The notes below the pieces were generated by a model. That model was given only the letters and a program-made list of their open reading frames with translations. It did not search any database and had not been told where the DNA came from. From positions 896,001 through 960,000 of the forward strand of contig CAWBCJ010000029.1 of the NCBI GenBank assembly GCA_963787255.1: a stretch of DNA of 64,000 nucleotides, read 5' to 3'. A program made the position numbers and the translations under genes. Source of the stretch: Methanobacteriota archaeon (lineage in GTDB: Archaea > Methanobacteriota > Methanobacteria > Methanobacteriales > Methanobacteriaceae). This document shows positions 10,278 to 20,684 of the stretch, one piece after another; position 1 is the stretch's first letter; each line of letters starts with the position of its first letter.

Positions 10278-10306
10278 TTTCTTTTATTTTATGGAGGTTT
10301 TTAGTT

Positions 10307-10786
10307 ATGAGCGATGAAGAAATACGCGAAAATGAAGAAATTGAAGATAACGAAGGTAATGAAGTAATTGAAGATAACGAAGGTAATGAAGTAATTGAAG
10401 GTAATGAAATAATTGAAGATAACGAAGAACTTCAAGAAGAAGAAACTGAAGATTTACCATTTGCTAAAGCTGAAGTTGTCAGATTAATGAAACAGAACTT
10501 AGACAGCGATAAAATGATAAGAGAACGTGTTAAAGTTGAAATGAACAAGTTCTTAGGCCAGATACTTGAAAATGTCTGCAATCAGCTTAACGAATATCCT
10601 TACACCACAATCGAATACGAAATGCTCAAAGAATCAATTTATCCTTACAAGAACATAGAAAGAATTAATGAAGAAAAAGAAAGGATTTTAAAGCATTTAG
10701 ATGCAATTAAAGCCGATTGTGACGCCTTAAGTCTTGATGTCAGAAGGACATTGAAGATTAAAGAAGTGGAAGATACAGTATATTAA
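10307..10786 (+). CDS. Histone-fold (NFYB/HAP3-like) protein with acidic repetitive N-terminal tail
   Basis: [13 protein letters not shown]...[13 protein letters not shown]...TTIEYEML resembles a histone fold; GGAGG RBS. Confidence 0.7.
   Translation: MSDEEIRENEEIEDNEGNEVIEDNEGNEVIEGNEIIEDNEELQEEETEDLPFAKAEVVRLMKQNLDSDKMIRERVKVEMNKFLGQILENVCNQLNEYPYTTIEYEMLKESIYPYKNIERINEEKERILKHLDAIKADCDALSLDVRRTLKIKEVEDTVY
10340..10427 (+). repeat. In-frame 27-bp tandem repeat (2 perfect copies plus partial copies) encoding IEDNEGNEV
   Basis: ATTGAAGATAACGAAGGTAATGAAGTA at 10340 and 10367, then degenerate units. Confidence 0.9.
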
Positions 10787-10855
10787 TTTCCACTTTTAAA
10801 ATTCTTATTTTTTGTATTTAATTAGACAATTAATCTTATCTTAATTTAAAGAACA

Positions 10856-10963
10856 TTATTTACTTTTTCTGGTTGCCTGCCGATAAAGCCGGCCGTATTT
10901 TACTATTATATAAATAATTATGATAATTAAGCCAATGATAAGGGATATAACTCCTATACTCAT
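10856..10963 (-). CDS. 35-aa single-TM small protein (not in the ORF track)
   Basis: MSIGVISLIIGLIIIIIYIIVKYGRLYRQATRKSK*; AGGTG RBS; hydrophobic helix followed by a basic tail. Confidence 0.6.
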   Translation of the reverse strand: MSIGVISLIIGLIIIIIYIIVKYGRLYRQATRKSK

Positions 10964-11184
10964 GGAAACACCTGTATATATGTTTTAATATTAAATTTAT
11001 CGTAAGGAACTAATTTTTTAATTTTAAGCCAATGTTTCTTGAAAAACTATTCATAGTATTTTTCAATTATTCTTCGAGTTTTTAACAACTAATCCGGTAA
11101 TTCTGTCATTATATCTACAATAATCAGTCATTACATAATTCTAATTATGTTTTTGCAGTATCTAAATAATCATTCTAAGTTATT

Positions 11185-13660
11185 TCACTTATTTAGAGTT
11201 TCTGTAGCCTTTTTAAGTTCAGTAATATCATAAATTATTGAAAAAACCTTTTTTTCTCCACCATAATCTATAAATTCAACAGTATACAATACTTGTACTG
11301 TTTTTCCACTTTTAGTTCGTATTTCCCGCTCTTCATTATAAATAGAATCTCCCTTAGTCAATATCTTAAGTACTGCATCTCGCTCTTCAACGCTAATAAT
11401 ATTTAAATCAGTAACTGCTTTTCCGAGTAATTCTTCTCGTTTATATTCTGTTATATTTGCATAAGCATCATTTACTTCAATTACTTCACCCTTTAAAGTC
11501 GTTATTACTATTCCTGCAGGATTAGAATAAAATGCCTTGGAATATTTCTCTTCACTCTCCTTGAGAAGTTCTTCAGCTTTTTTACGCTCAGTAATATCTG
11601 CGGCTATAACAACGCCTAAAATAATCTTTCCATTTTTATCTTTTATTGGTGTAGAACTGACACTTAGTACTTTTTCGGTTCCATTTTCAAACGAAACTGA
11701 GATTTCTTCATCTGTAACTACTTCTCCAGCAGCTATTGAACGTGATAATGGCCATTCTTTAGGTTTATAAGGACTACCATCTAGATGGAACCCTTTATAT
11801 GTACTATACTCTTCAATATCCTTTGAAAATGTAAAAGGTTGTCCCCACACTTTCTCAAACTGCTCATTAGCCCTTATTAACTTTCCTGAAGGAGCTTCAG
11901 CAACTGAAACTGCTACGGGGATATTATTTAAAACTGTATCTAAAAGGTTCTGTTCATTTCTTAACTGTTCTTCGGTTTTTTTCTGTTCTGTTATATCTCG
12001 AGTAATGCTTCCAATTATGGTTCCTCTTTCGGTTTTAATAGGATAAGTAACTGACTGTGTAAACCTTATTTCTCCATCAGGGCGTTGAATTTTACGATCT
12101 AACGGTTTATTCATCCAATTTGCATCTCCAGTTTGTAGAAATTGCAATATTGTGCCTTTTATGTAATCATATAGTTCGGGGGTTTTCTCTTCTTCTGGCA
12201 GTAGTTCATACTGTGAATCCCATATCTGCATATCAAGTTCTTCTTCTCGTTTATGGCCTGTTATTTTTTCCATTCCTTTGTTCCATTCAATAATAACGCC
12301 GTTTTCGTCTATTATGGAAATACCGTCAGTGGACTGTTCTATGGTGCTGCGGAATTTAATTTCACTTTCTAGTAAATCCATTTCTGCTTTTTTATATTCT
12401 GTAATGTCACGAATTGTTTCTATGGCGCCAACAAGATTTCCCTTATCGTCGTAAAGTGGGGAAATCTTTCCAAATAGATAACCTCCCTTTCCACCAAAGA
12501 TATTTTCTACAAAAGCTTCAGCAAATATAATATCTCCTTCTCGTTTTACGTAATCATATTTTGCATCTATTTCTTTTTCACTTTAAAAAAATCAAATCAA
12601 TTAAAATTGGTCTTTTATGTCCATAGAATGGTATGGAATAAGCGTAATCTCCTTTACCTAGTATTTCTTTCTTTGTGACTCCAGTCATTTCTTCAAGGGC
12701 TTTGTTCCATGCTATTACTTCTCTTTTTTCATTAATTACAAATGTAGCATCTGGTAAGAACTCTATAATATCTAAAAGTTTCTGACGTTCCTGATTTATT
12801 TTCTCTTCTGCTTTTTTGGGTTCGGTGATATCACGAACAGTTTCTATAGCACCAACAAGATTTCCTTTAGAGTCATATAGTGCAGAAGATTTTACAAATA
12901 CATAGGCCCCTTTTCCACCAAATAGATTATTTACATATACCTCAGCAAATAGAGTATCGTCTTCTCTTTTTACGTAACTGTATTTTGCTTCTATTTCTTC
13001 TTCCTTTAAAAAGATCAAATCAATTACTATTGGTCTTTTATGTCCATAGAATGGTATGGAATAAGCGTAATCTCCTTTACCTAGTATTTCTTTCTTTGTG
13101 ACTCCAGTCATTTCTTCAAGGGCTTTGTTCCATGCTATTACTTCTCTTTTTTCATTAATTACAAATGTAGCATCTGGTAAGAACTCTATAATATCTAAAA
13201 GTTTCTGACGTTCTTTATTTATTCTTTCTTCTGCTTTTTTCCTTTCAGTTATATCAGTTGTTAATGTTACACACAGGTCTTCTTTTGGTGAAAAGGCAGT
13301 AATGGTAAAATGTTTATCTAGTTTGGAACGATATATTTCGTATTTAGCCCCTCTTCCAGTATTTACTACTTCATTAGCTTTTTTAATATCTAATTTAACT
13401 TCTTCGGGAGTATAAATTTCTTTGATACTTTTTTCGATTAGGCCGTCCTTTAAATCTTTCCTCTGCTTGTAGGCAGCGAGATTAGCGTATTTTATTATTA
13501 GATCAACTACTTTTCCTGAATCGTCCCGTACTACAGCACTGACAATTACTCCTTCTTGCATATACTCAAAAAATCGATAATCTAAATCTAATAAAGGTCC
13601 ATATTCTTCTGACTCAATCCGAGATTCATCTATGTCATTTAAGTCTGGTTTTCGATCCAT
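11185..13660 (-). CDS. Multi-PAS/PAC protein (about 6 PAS domains) with no output domain; +1 insertion at about 12580-12584 splits it
   Basis: Repeated PAS/PAC ends (TDITERKKAE, RDITEPKKAE, RDITEQKK, ADITERKK, YDITELKK); removing one base joins 12578..13660 to 11185..12381 through EKEIDAKYDYVKREGD...RDITEYKKAEMDLL. Confidence 0.85.
12606..13213. repeat. 185-bp identical direct repeat (12606-12790 and 13029-13213; 423-bp period)
   Basis: Direct comparison; both copies encode ERQKLLDIIEFLPDATFVINEKREVIAWNKALEEMTG...YGHKRPI. Confidence 0.9.
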
Positions 13661-14020
13661 AAGGAAAAATCCGCTCCTTTCATCCTTTTTTAAGTAATAA
13701 TGGATTCTGAGGATAAGTATTATGTATAGTATGTTATTATGTTCATAAATAAATTTTCTTTAATAATACAAATTGGAAACAGATTTTTACATTCATTTTT
13801 ATTTTTACATTCTAAAAACACTATAATTTATATGGACACTTTTTATAAGTCATTAAATTAGATTATTAGCGCTAAAAGAGACAATACTCTGATTAATTAC
13901 ATAAAAAGTTGAGTATAATATAAAAATAGAAGATAATGCAAAAAATAGTAGTTAATTAGCACTTTTTATAAATTTAGAAAAAAATAGAATCATTTATTGA
14001 AAAAGAAATGAATAAAATGA

Positions 14021-14587
14021 TTATTCATTTTCAAACGTTATAAAACCAGTTTTTAAATCTTTAATTTCTTCAATGGTTAATTCACGTTTTTGAGCATCTT
14101 CATGAATTATTGTACTGTGTCCAAAGGGGTCTTCAATTATTATTTCAACTTCCCTTTCACCATTTTTAACTTTTTCTATCTCTTCAAGTATTTTATGAGC
14201 GTTATTCTTAGATTCATCGTCTTCAACAAATCTTAAGGCGGTATTAACTGCATCTTCAAATCTATTTATTATTCCTTCAATATTGGACACATATCCCTGA
14301 CATTTAGTGCCGGGCTCTACTTTTAAGCCCAATTCGGGTATGCGAACAGTCGCAGTTTGTGATTTAACAACCCGTGCATTTAAATTATCTTTTTTAATGA
14401 TCATAGAATATCTTACGGGTTCTTTTTGCTCAAGACATATGGTATCAGAATGTTTATATCCACATTGGGAACAGATAATTGTTGATTCCATAATTTCACC
14501 AAAATAGGGAATATTTTCAGTTTTTGATACAAATTCTACAGTTCCTTTTGATTGGCAAACAGGACAATCTCCTTTCATCTCATTCAA
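14021..14587 (-). CDS. ZPR1 zinc-finger domain protein
   Basis: CPVC...IPYFGE...CSQCGYK; RVVKS...IPELG..VEPG; DPFGHS. Confidence 0.92.
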   Translation of the reverse strand: MNEMKGDCPVCQSKGTVEFVSKTENIPYFGEIMESTIICSQCGYKHSDTICLEQKEPVRYSMIIKKDNLNARVVKSQTATVRIPELGLKVEPGTKCQGYVSNIEGIINRFEDAVNTALRFVEDDESKNNAHKILEEIEKVKNGEREVEIIIEDPFGHSTIIHEDAQKRELTIEEIKDLKTGFITFENE

Positions 14588-14663
14588 TTTATTTACCCCT
14601 TTTATTTTAAATTAGGAAACACAATAAAAAAATAATTAATTCAGTAAAATAAACATTAATAAT

Positions 14664-15620
14664 TTATTCTCGGTTTTTAAGTATAAAGCCTTTCTTATCC
14701 AGTTCATCAATCATTTCATTAAGGCTCTCTTCATCGGGAGCGCATAAATTATGGCCATGAATATTATTTGATAATTCATAAAGCTTTTCCAGATCCTTTT
14801 TACGATCTTCATTAGTAGCTATACTGTTTAAAAAGCGTTTAACCTCATAGGGATCTGATATATTTACTTTCCTTGTTACAGGCTCTCTAAAGCCACGTAA
14901 ATAATAAGAAATATCTACCATTCGGCCTCCGTATTTCAGTATGGTTTCCATTACTGAACCAATGTCTTCAACAGTATTATTCAAAACTACTGATCTACAT
15001 ATCTTCCTGATTACAGTAAGCATTCTTTTAACTGTATTATCAATATCTAGGTTGTTTACCACACTTACATCATGTTCTTTAGCTCGATTGACTAAAAGGT
15101 TGTTAATTACCCTGTTTTCCTTGAAATATTCCAGATGCTTACCACCCCGTTTTATCTTCATGGCTCTTTTAACGAATCTTTCCTTATGAACTTCTTCGTC
15201 AGAGGTAAGTACAAAAAAATGGATAGATGCATCTTTCTCGAACTTTTTGATATTGACGAGGCCTGGAACGAGGTGAACGCCTTCAATTACTATATCGTCA
15301 AAATCGTCAACTGCTCTTCTAATAACTTTTTCAATTGCTGGAATTACAAAAGAAGCATGTTCTTCAAACCCTGCACTTATCAGGCTTTCATCATCGCCAG
15401 CATACCTGTCCTTATCTCTTATGGTAACATAAGCATCAAAAGAAGATTTATGGAGGGCTGGAGCAAATTCGGGCCCTATTATGCCTCTTACTATTTCCCT
15501 TATAAAATCAGTTTCTATTAAATGTTTGATTTCTAATGTTTTGGCCAGTTCTGAAGCTATTGTTGACTTACCAATTCCTGAAGCACTTCCTATCAAAATA
15601 ATATATGGTTTTCTTAGCAT
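14664..15620 (-). CDS. 2-phosphoglycerate-kinase-like P-loop protein with C-terminal 3H-like domain
   Basis: [28 protein letters not shown]; C-terminal LSNNIHGH. Confidence 0.8.
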   Translation of the reverse strand: MLRKPYIILIGSASGIGKSTIASELAKTLEIKHLIETDFIREIVRGIIGPEFAPALHKSSFDAYVTIRDKDRYAGDDESLISAGFEEHASFVIPAIEKVIRRAVDDFDDIVIEGVHLVPGLVNIKKFEKDASIHFFVLTSDEEVHKERFVKRAMKIKRGGKHLEYFKENRVINNLLVNRAKEHDVSVVNNLDIDNTVKRMLTVIRKICRSVVLNNTVEDIGSVMETILKYGGRMVDISYYLRGFREPVTRKVNISDPYEVKRFLNSIATNEDRKKDLEKLYELSNNIHGHNLCAPDEESLNEMIDELDKKGFILKNRE

Positions 15621-15735
15621 GATTAGTTTCACCAAATAGTAGTAAAAGGGTAATAATTTTAGTATCTATGTTAATATTATTCAACTTAATATTAAGAATT
15701 TATGATCACTATTTATAATGCCCTTTCACTTGAGT

Positions 15736-16083
15736 TTATCCCAGAAAATCAATCACACGTTCTGCACTTCTTCTCATCTCAATTCTGATTAACCCGAGAT
15801 TAATGGTTATATCAGTAATAACTACTAAAATACCTTCTCCTGCGTCAATCATCAGAGTTTTCCCTTTACTTCCTTCTATCATTACTTGCTGTAATGGATC
15901 ATGTTTCATTTCTTCAGCTGATCTTTCTGCTGTACCAAAAACAGCAGATGACATTGCTGCTACAAGTTCTGAGTCAATATCTCCCGGAACTTCTGATTCG
16001 ATGATCAAACCATCTTTTCCCACTACTAAAGAACCATTTACCCCGTTTATTCTGCCCAAATCTTTAAGTATTCTTTCTATCAT
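15736..16083 (-). CDS. Stand-alone Roadblock/LC7 (MglB-like) protein
   Basis: [28 protein letters not shown]...LVAAM...[10 protein letters not shown]...NLGLIR; ATG 16083 after GGAGG. Confidence 0.9.
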   Translation of the reverse strand: MIERILKDLGRINGVNGSLVVGKDGLIIESEVPGDIDSELVAAMSSAVFGTAERSAEEMKHDPLQQVMIEGSKGKTLMIDAGEGILVVITDITINLGLIRIEMRRSAERVIDFLG

Positions 16084-16227
16084 ACTATGCCTCCAAATAG
16101 ATTGAGTATAGATACCTAAAATATATATCTTAAAGTATATATCTTGGTTTAACATTTATTAAATAAATAGGTAATGTAAAATTCTCATTAATTCATGAAA
16201 ATTGTATATAAAATAGGAGTGATTATT

Positions 16228-17280
16228 CTGTATGATGTAACTTCTGTAGAGGAACTTCAAAAACTCAACCCGTTTATAGTCATTGGATGCGGTGGTGGGG
16301 GAGAAAAGTTCGCCAATTTTGAGGGAATTAAGACTGTTGGTTTTGTTGACGACAATATTAAGAAACAAGGAATGGAATTTTGCAACAAGGTAATATCTTC
16401 AAATTTAAATGAGTTAATTGCAGAAACAAATGCTAATAGCATCGCGATAATGCTTCCAATTGGTGCTGAAGGATCAGCGCTTAAATATGCTGTGCAAGCT
16501 GTAGATAATGGAAAAAATGTGGTAGTTTCTTTCAGATCATTGTCTCTTGTTGAGAATAAATCACTGATTAAGTTTGCAGAATCTAAAGGTGTAGTTTTAA
16601 AGGAAATTAGCCCCCGTTTGGATGTTATTAAAAAAATATTTGGAACTGCACCTCCTCAATGTACGGAAGTACTGCCCAAGATTTTTTATAAACCAAAGGC
16701 GCCTGTTGTTTTCATAGGGGGTACTTCTCAAGAATGTGGAAAAAGAACTACTACAAGAATTCTTGGAAAAACTGCCGAAGAGAAAGGTTTAAAGGTAGCA
16801 GTAATATCTACTGACGAGATGGGTCTTGAAAACCCTGTTGATATGAATTTCAGGGCAGGAAGTCTTTCAGTAATGGACGTAGCAGCTGCAGTTATGGGTT
16901 CCATGAGATACATGGAAGAAAAAAAGAATCCCGATATCATACTGGTTGAGGGGCAGTCCAGCCTCACTGAGAAAGGAAATCCACATCCAAGGGGGCTTTC
17001 TGGCGCTATACTCATAGGTGCAATGCCTGATGTTACTGTTGTTTGTCATAGGCCTAACCATCCTTTCAGGGAGCCACGTGGAATAAACAATGAGATTAGA
17101 GCAATTGAAGCAGTGGAACCTACAAAAGTTGTTGCTATTTCCTTGAATATGAGGAATGTTACTGACAAAAAGGATATATTAGAGTATGAGGAAAGATACA
17201 AATTACCAGCAGTAGATATTAAAAATGGTGGAGCGTCAAAATTGCTCGACGTTATAATGGATCATGTGGGGATGAATTAA
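16228..17280 (+). CDS. DUF1611-family protein (Rossmann-like N-domain plus P-loop domain); start uncertain (16195-16228)
   Basis: IGCGGGG; [11 protein letters not shown]; ILVEGQSSL; GGAGTGA RBS lies just before an in-frame CTG at 16228. Confidence 0.8.
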   Translation: MYDVTSVEELQKLNPFIVIGCGGGGEKFANFEGIKTVGFVDDNIKKQGMEFCNKVISSNLNELIAETNANSIAIMLPIGAEGSALKYAVQAVDNGKNVVVSFRSLSLVENKSLIKFAESKGVVLKEISPRLDVIKKIFGTAPPQCTEVLPKIFYKPKAPVVFIGGTSQECGKRTTTRILGKTAEEKGLKVAVISTDEMGLENPVDMNFRAGSLSVMDVAAAVMGSMRYMEEKKNPDIILVEGQSSLTEKGNPHPRGLSGAILIGAMPDVTVVCHRPNHPFREPRGINNEIRAIEAVEPTKVVAISLNMRNVTDKKDILEYEERYKLPAVDIKNGGASKLLDVIMDHVGMN

Positions 17281-17334
17281 CATGATAGCAAACTGTTTAA
17301 CCGCCATTAATTATTGTAAAGGGGATATTTTAAA

Positions 17335-17688
17335 ATGAAAGATGTCATGGATTATATTAAGAAAAATCTGGGAATGGAAGAGGAAAGAGAAGCAGAAGAA
17401 GATAAAGAACCTATTATAGTTCCGGAACATTCTTTTTATGAGATAATCCTGATGAAAGCCAATGACATTCCAGATATAGAAGACGCGCTGAACCAAATCA
17501 AAGAAGAAAAAAATCCAATCATATTAAACATGAGTTTTATAGAAGAAAGTCCGGAAGATTTCAAACTGGTTGGAGAAAAATTGAAGGAATTTAGAGACAC
17601 AGTAGGTGGGGAAGCTATTTTATTGTGTAAAAATGGTAAAAATGTGGTAATTATTACCCCCCCTGAGATTAAGCTTGTAAGAAAGTAA
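17335..17688 (+). CDS. sepF: SepF-like cell division protein
   Basis: N-terminal amphipathic helix ([10 protein letters not shown]); PIILNM...VGGEAILL...VVIITP SepF core pattern. Confidence 0.75.
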   Translation: MKDVMDYIKKNLGMEEEREAEEDKEPIIVPEHSFYEIILMKANDIPDIEDALNQIKEEKNPIILNMSFIEESPEDFKLVGEKLKEFRDTVGGEAILLCKNGKNVVIITPPEIKLVRK

Positions 17689-17799
17689 GGATTAACTGTA
17701 AAATTAATTATTTCCACATACAAAAGAATAAAATAGAAAAATTAAATAGTAAATGATTTCATGTGGATACATCTACTGTAAATAGTTAGAGGAGTAAAA

Positions 17800-18948
17800 A
17801 TGGAGTTGCCAATCACTAGACCATCCCAAATGTCCTATGCGGATGAAATAAACTTCAGCGAACTTTTAGGTGAATTAAAATCAAAACGATTTAATGGATT
17901 TGTAAGGGTAACTTCCGGATCATCAGAAGGTTATATTCTTTTTAACGAAGGTATACAGTCAGCAGCATCATTTGACAATTATTCAAAGATAGAAGCAATT
18001 GAAAAGATAAAATCTGTAGTAGATGATAGTAAAACACTAATAGAATTATTTGATCTTAAAAAATCCCAGATGAATTATCTTATGGACTTAAACAAGTTTT
18101 TTATCATTGATTCTGGATCTAAGGTCGAAAATATCATTGATGAGCTTAAAAAAACTGAAAGAGCTAAAACTGAGATTAATAAAACCCCTTCTACAACTGT
18201 AAATGATGTTGAAGAAAATGAAATAGTCCAGAAAGTAATTGAAGCTGAGAACAAATCGGAAAGTGTTCCTGAAGAAAAAGAAAATAAAGATGATGTAGTA
18301 AAAGAGAAACTCCGGGCAATATCAGAAGCTCCTAAAGAATCTTCTGCCGATAAAAAGGATCCTGTAGAAGTTGTAGCTGAACCAGAACTTTCAAGCACCT
18401 CTAATCTAAAAAAATCTAAAAATATAAGATCTACAGTAGTTGAAACAATAACTAAAAAAGAGGATTCAGAACCTGAAATTGAAAAACCACAATATCCTGA
18501 AGAAAATGAATTTATTGAACCTGGTTTTGAAGCGGAAAGTGTAAACCGTGAGGATCTCATGAAAAAATACGGCTTAAAGGATGTTGGGGAAGAAGAAGTT
18601 GATAACATCCTTGAAACATATAAAGGCGGATCACTCAGTGACGAGGATGTTGAAAAGATTGAATTAACACTTATGAATAAGATTAAAAAGACAATACTGG
18701 GAATTCCTAAAATTAGAGGTACAGAAGTCATGGTATTTTTAGATAATACTTCAGAACTTTCTGGAACTATAAATATAATTACTGAATATGAAAGTAAAGG
18801 ATTTTTATCCCGAATTATGGGTGAATCTAAAGATCTTGAAAATTTAAGAAGGCAGATAATGAACATTACCCAAATGGAAGTAAAAAAGAGTTTTAGAGGG
18901 TATCCAGAGATTGTTAATGATTTTGAAATTAATGTAGAAATCAGCTAG
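17800..18948 (+). CDS. DUF2226-like protein: N-terminal PatA_N/DUF4388-like domain, acidic linker, C-terminal domain
   Basis: [21 protein letters not shown]; acidic linker; [23 protein letters not shown] motif. Confidence 0.7.
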   Translation: MELPITRPSQMSYADEINFSELLGELKSKRFNGFVRVTSGSSEGYILFNEGIQSAASFDNYSKIEAIEKIKSVVDDSKTLIELFDLKKSQMNYLMDLNKFFIIDSGSKVENIIDELKKTERAKTEINKTPSTTVNDVEENEIVQKVIEAENKSESVPEEKENKDDVVKEKLRAISEAPKESSADKKDPVEVVAEPELSSTSNLKKSKNIRSTVVETITKKEDSEPEIEKPQYPEENEFIEPGFEAESVNREDLMKKYGLKDVGEEEVDNILETYKGGSLSDEDVEKIELTLMNKIKKTILGIPKIRGTEVMVFLDNTSELSGTINIITEYESKGFLSRIMGESKDLENLRRQIMNITQMEVKKSFRGYPEIVNDFEINVEIS

Positions 18949-18958
18949 GAGGTATCGA

Positions 18959-19741
18959 ATGACAAGAGTTATAACTGTCGCCTCAGGAAAAGGCGGAGTT
19001 GGAAAAACAACAATAACCGCAAATTTAGGTGTTGCTTTATCGACTTACGGAGAAGAAACAATAGTGCTTGATGCAGATGTTGCAATGGCCAATTTAGAGC
19101 TTATTCTTGGAATGGAAGGGAAATCTGTTACATTACATGATGTATTATCTGGAGAAGCCTCTATCGATGATGCAATTTATGAAGGTCCGGGCGGACTTAA
19201 AGTTATTCCTGCAGGAATTTCACTTGAAGGACTTCGTAAAATAAGATTGGATAGGTTAGAGGGGGCCTTAGAAGCTATTGTTGAAGATGCAGATATACTT
19301 TTGATAGATGCTCCTGCAGGGCTGGAAAAGGACGCTCTAGCAGCAATAGCAGCTGCACAGGAAATGATTTTGGTCACAACCCCTGAGGTTCCTTCAATTA
19401 GCGACGCTTTAAAGACTAAAATTGTTGCTAATAAACTTGGAGTAGAAATAATTGGGGTTGTTGTAAATAGAGAACAGCACGATAAAACATTTTTAACCAT
19501 AAATGAGATTGAAACTATTTTAGAGGTGCCAGTTATTGCAGTGGTTCCTGATGACCCTGAAGTAAGTAGAGCAGCGGCATTTGGTGAACCGCTTATAGTT
19601 AGGAACCCTAAATCTCCTACAAGTAATGCAATTATGCAATTAGGTGCAGATCTTATTGGAGAAGAGTATCATCCAATTGAACCAGATAAGAAAGGGGTTA
19701 TTTCTAAGCTAGTGGAAGGATTACTGGGAAGAAGGGGTTAA
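18959..19741 (+). CDS. minD: Cell division ATPase MinD
   Basis: Deviant Walker [26 protein letters not shown]; C-terminal amphipathic helix [12 protein letters not shown]. Confidence 0.93.
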   Translation: MTRVITVASGKGGVGKTTITANLGVALSTYGEETIVLDADVAMANLELILGMEGKSVTLHDVLSGEASIDDAIYEGPGGLKVIPAGISLEGLRKIRLDRLEGALEAIVEDADILLIDAPAGLEKDALAAIAAAQEMILVTTPEVPSISDALKTKIVANKLGVEIIGVVVNREQHDKTFLTINEIETILEVPVIAVVPDDPEVSRAAAFGEPLIVRNPKSPTSNAIMQLGADLIGEEYHPIEPDKKGVISKLVEGLLGRRG

Positions 19742-19767
19742 ACTATTAACAGCAATGAATGGTGGAA

Positions 19768-20556
19768 ATGTCAAATTTTATAGCGATTGCTTCAGGAAAA
19801 GGAGGGGTTGGAAGAACTACCTTAACTTTTAATCTTGGAGTGGGAATGTCACTTTTTGGAAAGAATGTGGTAATGCTGGATTTAGATCTTGTAATGGCAA
19901 ATATGGACGTAATAACAGGTCTTCTTAATCCGGATGTAACTTTACATGATGTTCTTGCGAGGAATAAGTCTATAGATGATTGTGTTTATGAAATAGATCA
20001 CGGTATAAGGGTTATTCCAACAGGGATACACTTTGAAACTCTGAGGCACATAAATCCAAAATATATTTCATGGAATAAGATTCTAGAGGAGATTTCAGAG
20101 TATGGTGATATTTTCCTCATGGACCTGCCTGCTGGAATTAATTCAAGCATTTTTGAGGGGCTTCCTGAAGATTCACAGATGATTATTGTAACCAATTCAA
20201 CAATGACATCTGTTGCTGATGCGCTTAAAATTAGGATACTCAGTAACGAACTTAATATTCAAATAATTGGATTTGTATTGAACATGTGGTACGATGACGG
20301 ATTTTTACTTTCTGTAAATGAAATAGAATCCATTCTTGAAGTCCCCATGATTGGACTAATTCCTTATGACCGGGAAGTTGAAAGATCAATGGCACTTGGA
20401 AAATCTTTGGTTGAAATCAATCCTTCTTCACCTACAAGTAATGCAATCATGCAGCTTACAGCGCATTTACTTGGAGAGGAATATAATCCAATTGAACCAG
20501 ATAAAGAAGGTATTCTAAATAGATTGAAAAAATTCATAGGAATTCTACCCGATTAG
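19768..20556 (+). CDS. Second MinD paralog with Walker A Lys->Arg
   Basis: SGKGGVGRTT, DLDLVMAN, MDLPAG; C-terminal GILNRLKKFIG. Confidence 0.88.
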   Translation: MSNFIAIASGKGGVGRTTLTFNLGVGMSLFGKNVVMLDLDLVMANMDVITGLLNPDVTLHDVLARNKSIDDCVYEIDHGIRVIPTGIHFETLRHINPKYISWNKILEEISEYGDIFLMDLPAGINSSIFEGLPEDSQMIIVTNSTMTSVADALKIRILSNELNIQIIGFVLNMWYDDGFLLSVNEIESILEVPMIGLIPYDREVERSMALGKSLVEINPSSPTSNAIMQLTAHLLGEEYNPIEPDKEGILNRLKKFIGILPD

Positions 20557-20684
20557 AATGTTTTAAAACTGAAATACTGCATTAATTTTTAATTACTTCT
20601 AGATGTCTATTTTAACATAAATTTAATTAATTTACTTTAAAAAATAAGATTATATGAATTTTAAAATTAATGAGGACGATATAA

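Noticed and set aside
10340-10427. Short direct repeats as a possible CRISPR array
   Set aside because: No spacers; in-frame coding repeats within a gene; no cas genes
12578-12580. TGA stops in the PAS and TatD-like genes as selenocysteine or readthrough sites
   Set aside because: The continuation is in a different frame, so readthrough would not restore the protein; the hydrogenase also uses Cys (DPCLSC), not Sec
16159-16368. 69-aa minus-strand ORF upstream of the Roadblock gene
   Set aside because: Overlaps the DUF1611 5' end and promoter antisense; no RBS or recognisable motif
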